Program-made: the position numbers and the translations under genes
In this document: in pieces, positions 63,239-64,000 of the stretch
Layout: each line of letters begins with the position of its first letter
How positions within the stretch are numbered: the first letter of the stretch is position 1
Notes under the pieces: generated by a model
What the model saw: only the letters and a program-made list of their open reading frames with translations
What the model was told of the DNA's origin: nothing
Databases searched by the model: none
NCBI GenBank assembly: GCA_039096225.1
Contig: JBBPEB010000023.1
Coordinates: forward strand, 310,001 to 374,000
Direction: 5' to 3'
From: Blastocystis sp. Blastoise
Taxonomy: Eukaryota > Protista > Bigyra: Opalinata
Length of the DNA stretch: 64,000 nucleotides

Positions 63239-64000
63239 GTTAGTTTACAATAATTATGATAACTAAACCACATAAAACCCTTAAAAGCCTTTTTTATTTT
63301 TTTTCGATTCGAAAACCGCGATATTTTTCGATTTCCCCTCTTTAAAAGGATATTTTTCGATATTGAATGAATATACTCTATTTGCTAACTCGTAGTCTAT
63401 TTAAATAAAGTATGATTGTCAATTTATGTGTTTCTGGGTCATTTATTGCTAAATCATAAGTTTCTAGCAGAAAAAAACTTATGAATTATAATTGTCAGTG
63501 TTAACTGTTTGAATTATACTATTTAAATGAGTGATTTAAGATATCTCAGACTTATATGATTAAACATATGAATTCACGATGAATTTCTCAATGAAAATTG
63601 TCGATTAGTTGTTGATTTTCGCAATTCAAAACTAAAATCAGTGTATATTTATGAGTATTCACATATTAATTCATACATTTATGAAACTAAAAAATAAATT
63701 AATGAGTATTTTGTAATTCAAAAAGTGAATTATTTTTTATATTGCTACTATTTGAATATCTTGTTGTATTATATATATATTCATTTTGAATAGAAATCAT
63801 AATATTATTAAAGAAATAGAAACGACATTTATACTCTATAAAATTAATATATTTCTTTATATGTTCTATTGAACACATTCAAAGATTCAAAAAAGAAATT
63901 AAATATACAATGATTACAAAAAAATCATTGAAAAAAAAAATATATATATTTATTATAAATTAAAATAAAAATTAAAAAATATTTATATAAAAATAAGTAA

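Overview
Very AT-rich (roughly 80% or more by eye), intron-dense eukaryotic nuclear DNA in the standard genetic code. The gene content and intron style suggest a Blastocystis-like or opalinatan stramenopile, but that is inference. Most ORF-track entries are microsatellite artefacts. Splicing by hand gives 16 genes with about 100 introns: a PX-BAR sorting nexin (partial), an MFS transporter, a DUSP-MYND-USP deubiquitinase, a MORN protein, a possible NDC1, a ~5,560-aa coiled-coil protein, Yip1, a stand-alone YVH1/DUSP12 zinc domain, a TBC RabGAP, a PPR-SMR protein, SPF27/BCAS2, DUF1295, a ~2,240-aa type I surface protein, a WW-cyclophilin fusion, a TLDc protein and a PZP-MORN fusion. Most notable: (1) two clear U12-type AT-AC introns; (2) major introns bounded by self-complementary (TA)n tracts, some being nothing but GT(AT)nAG, plus two junctions where the canonical G is missing; (3) a strongly over-represented GC-rich quasi-palindrome (CCGCGG/CCGTGG/CCACGG, often in TTCCC...GGGAA context), mostly in exons of genes with TA-rich introns; (4) several unusual domain fusions.
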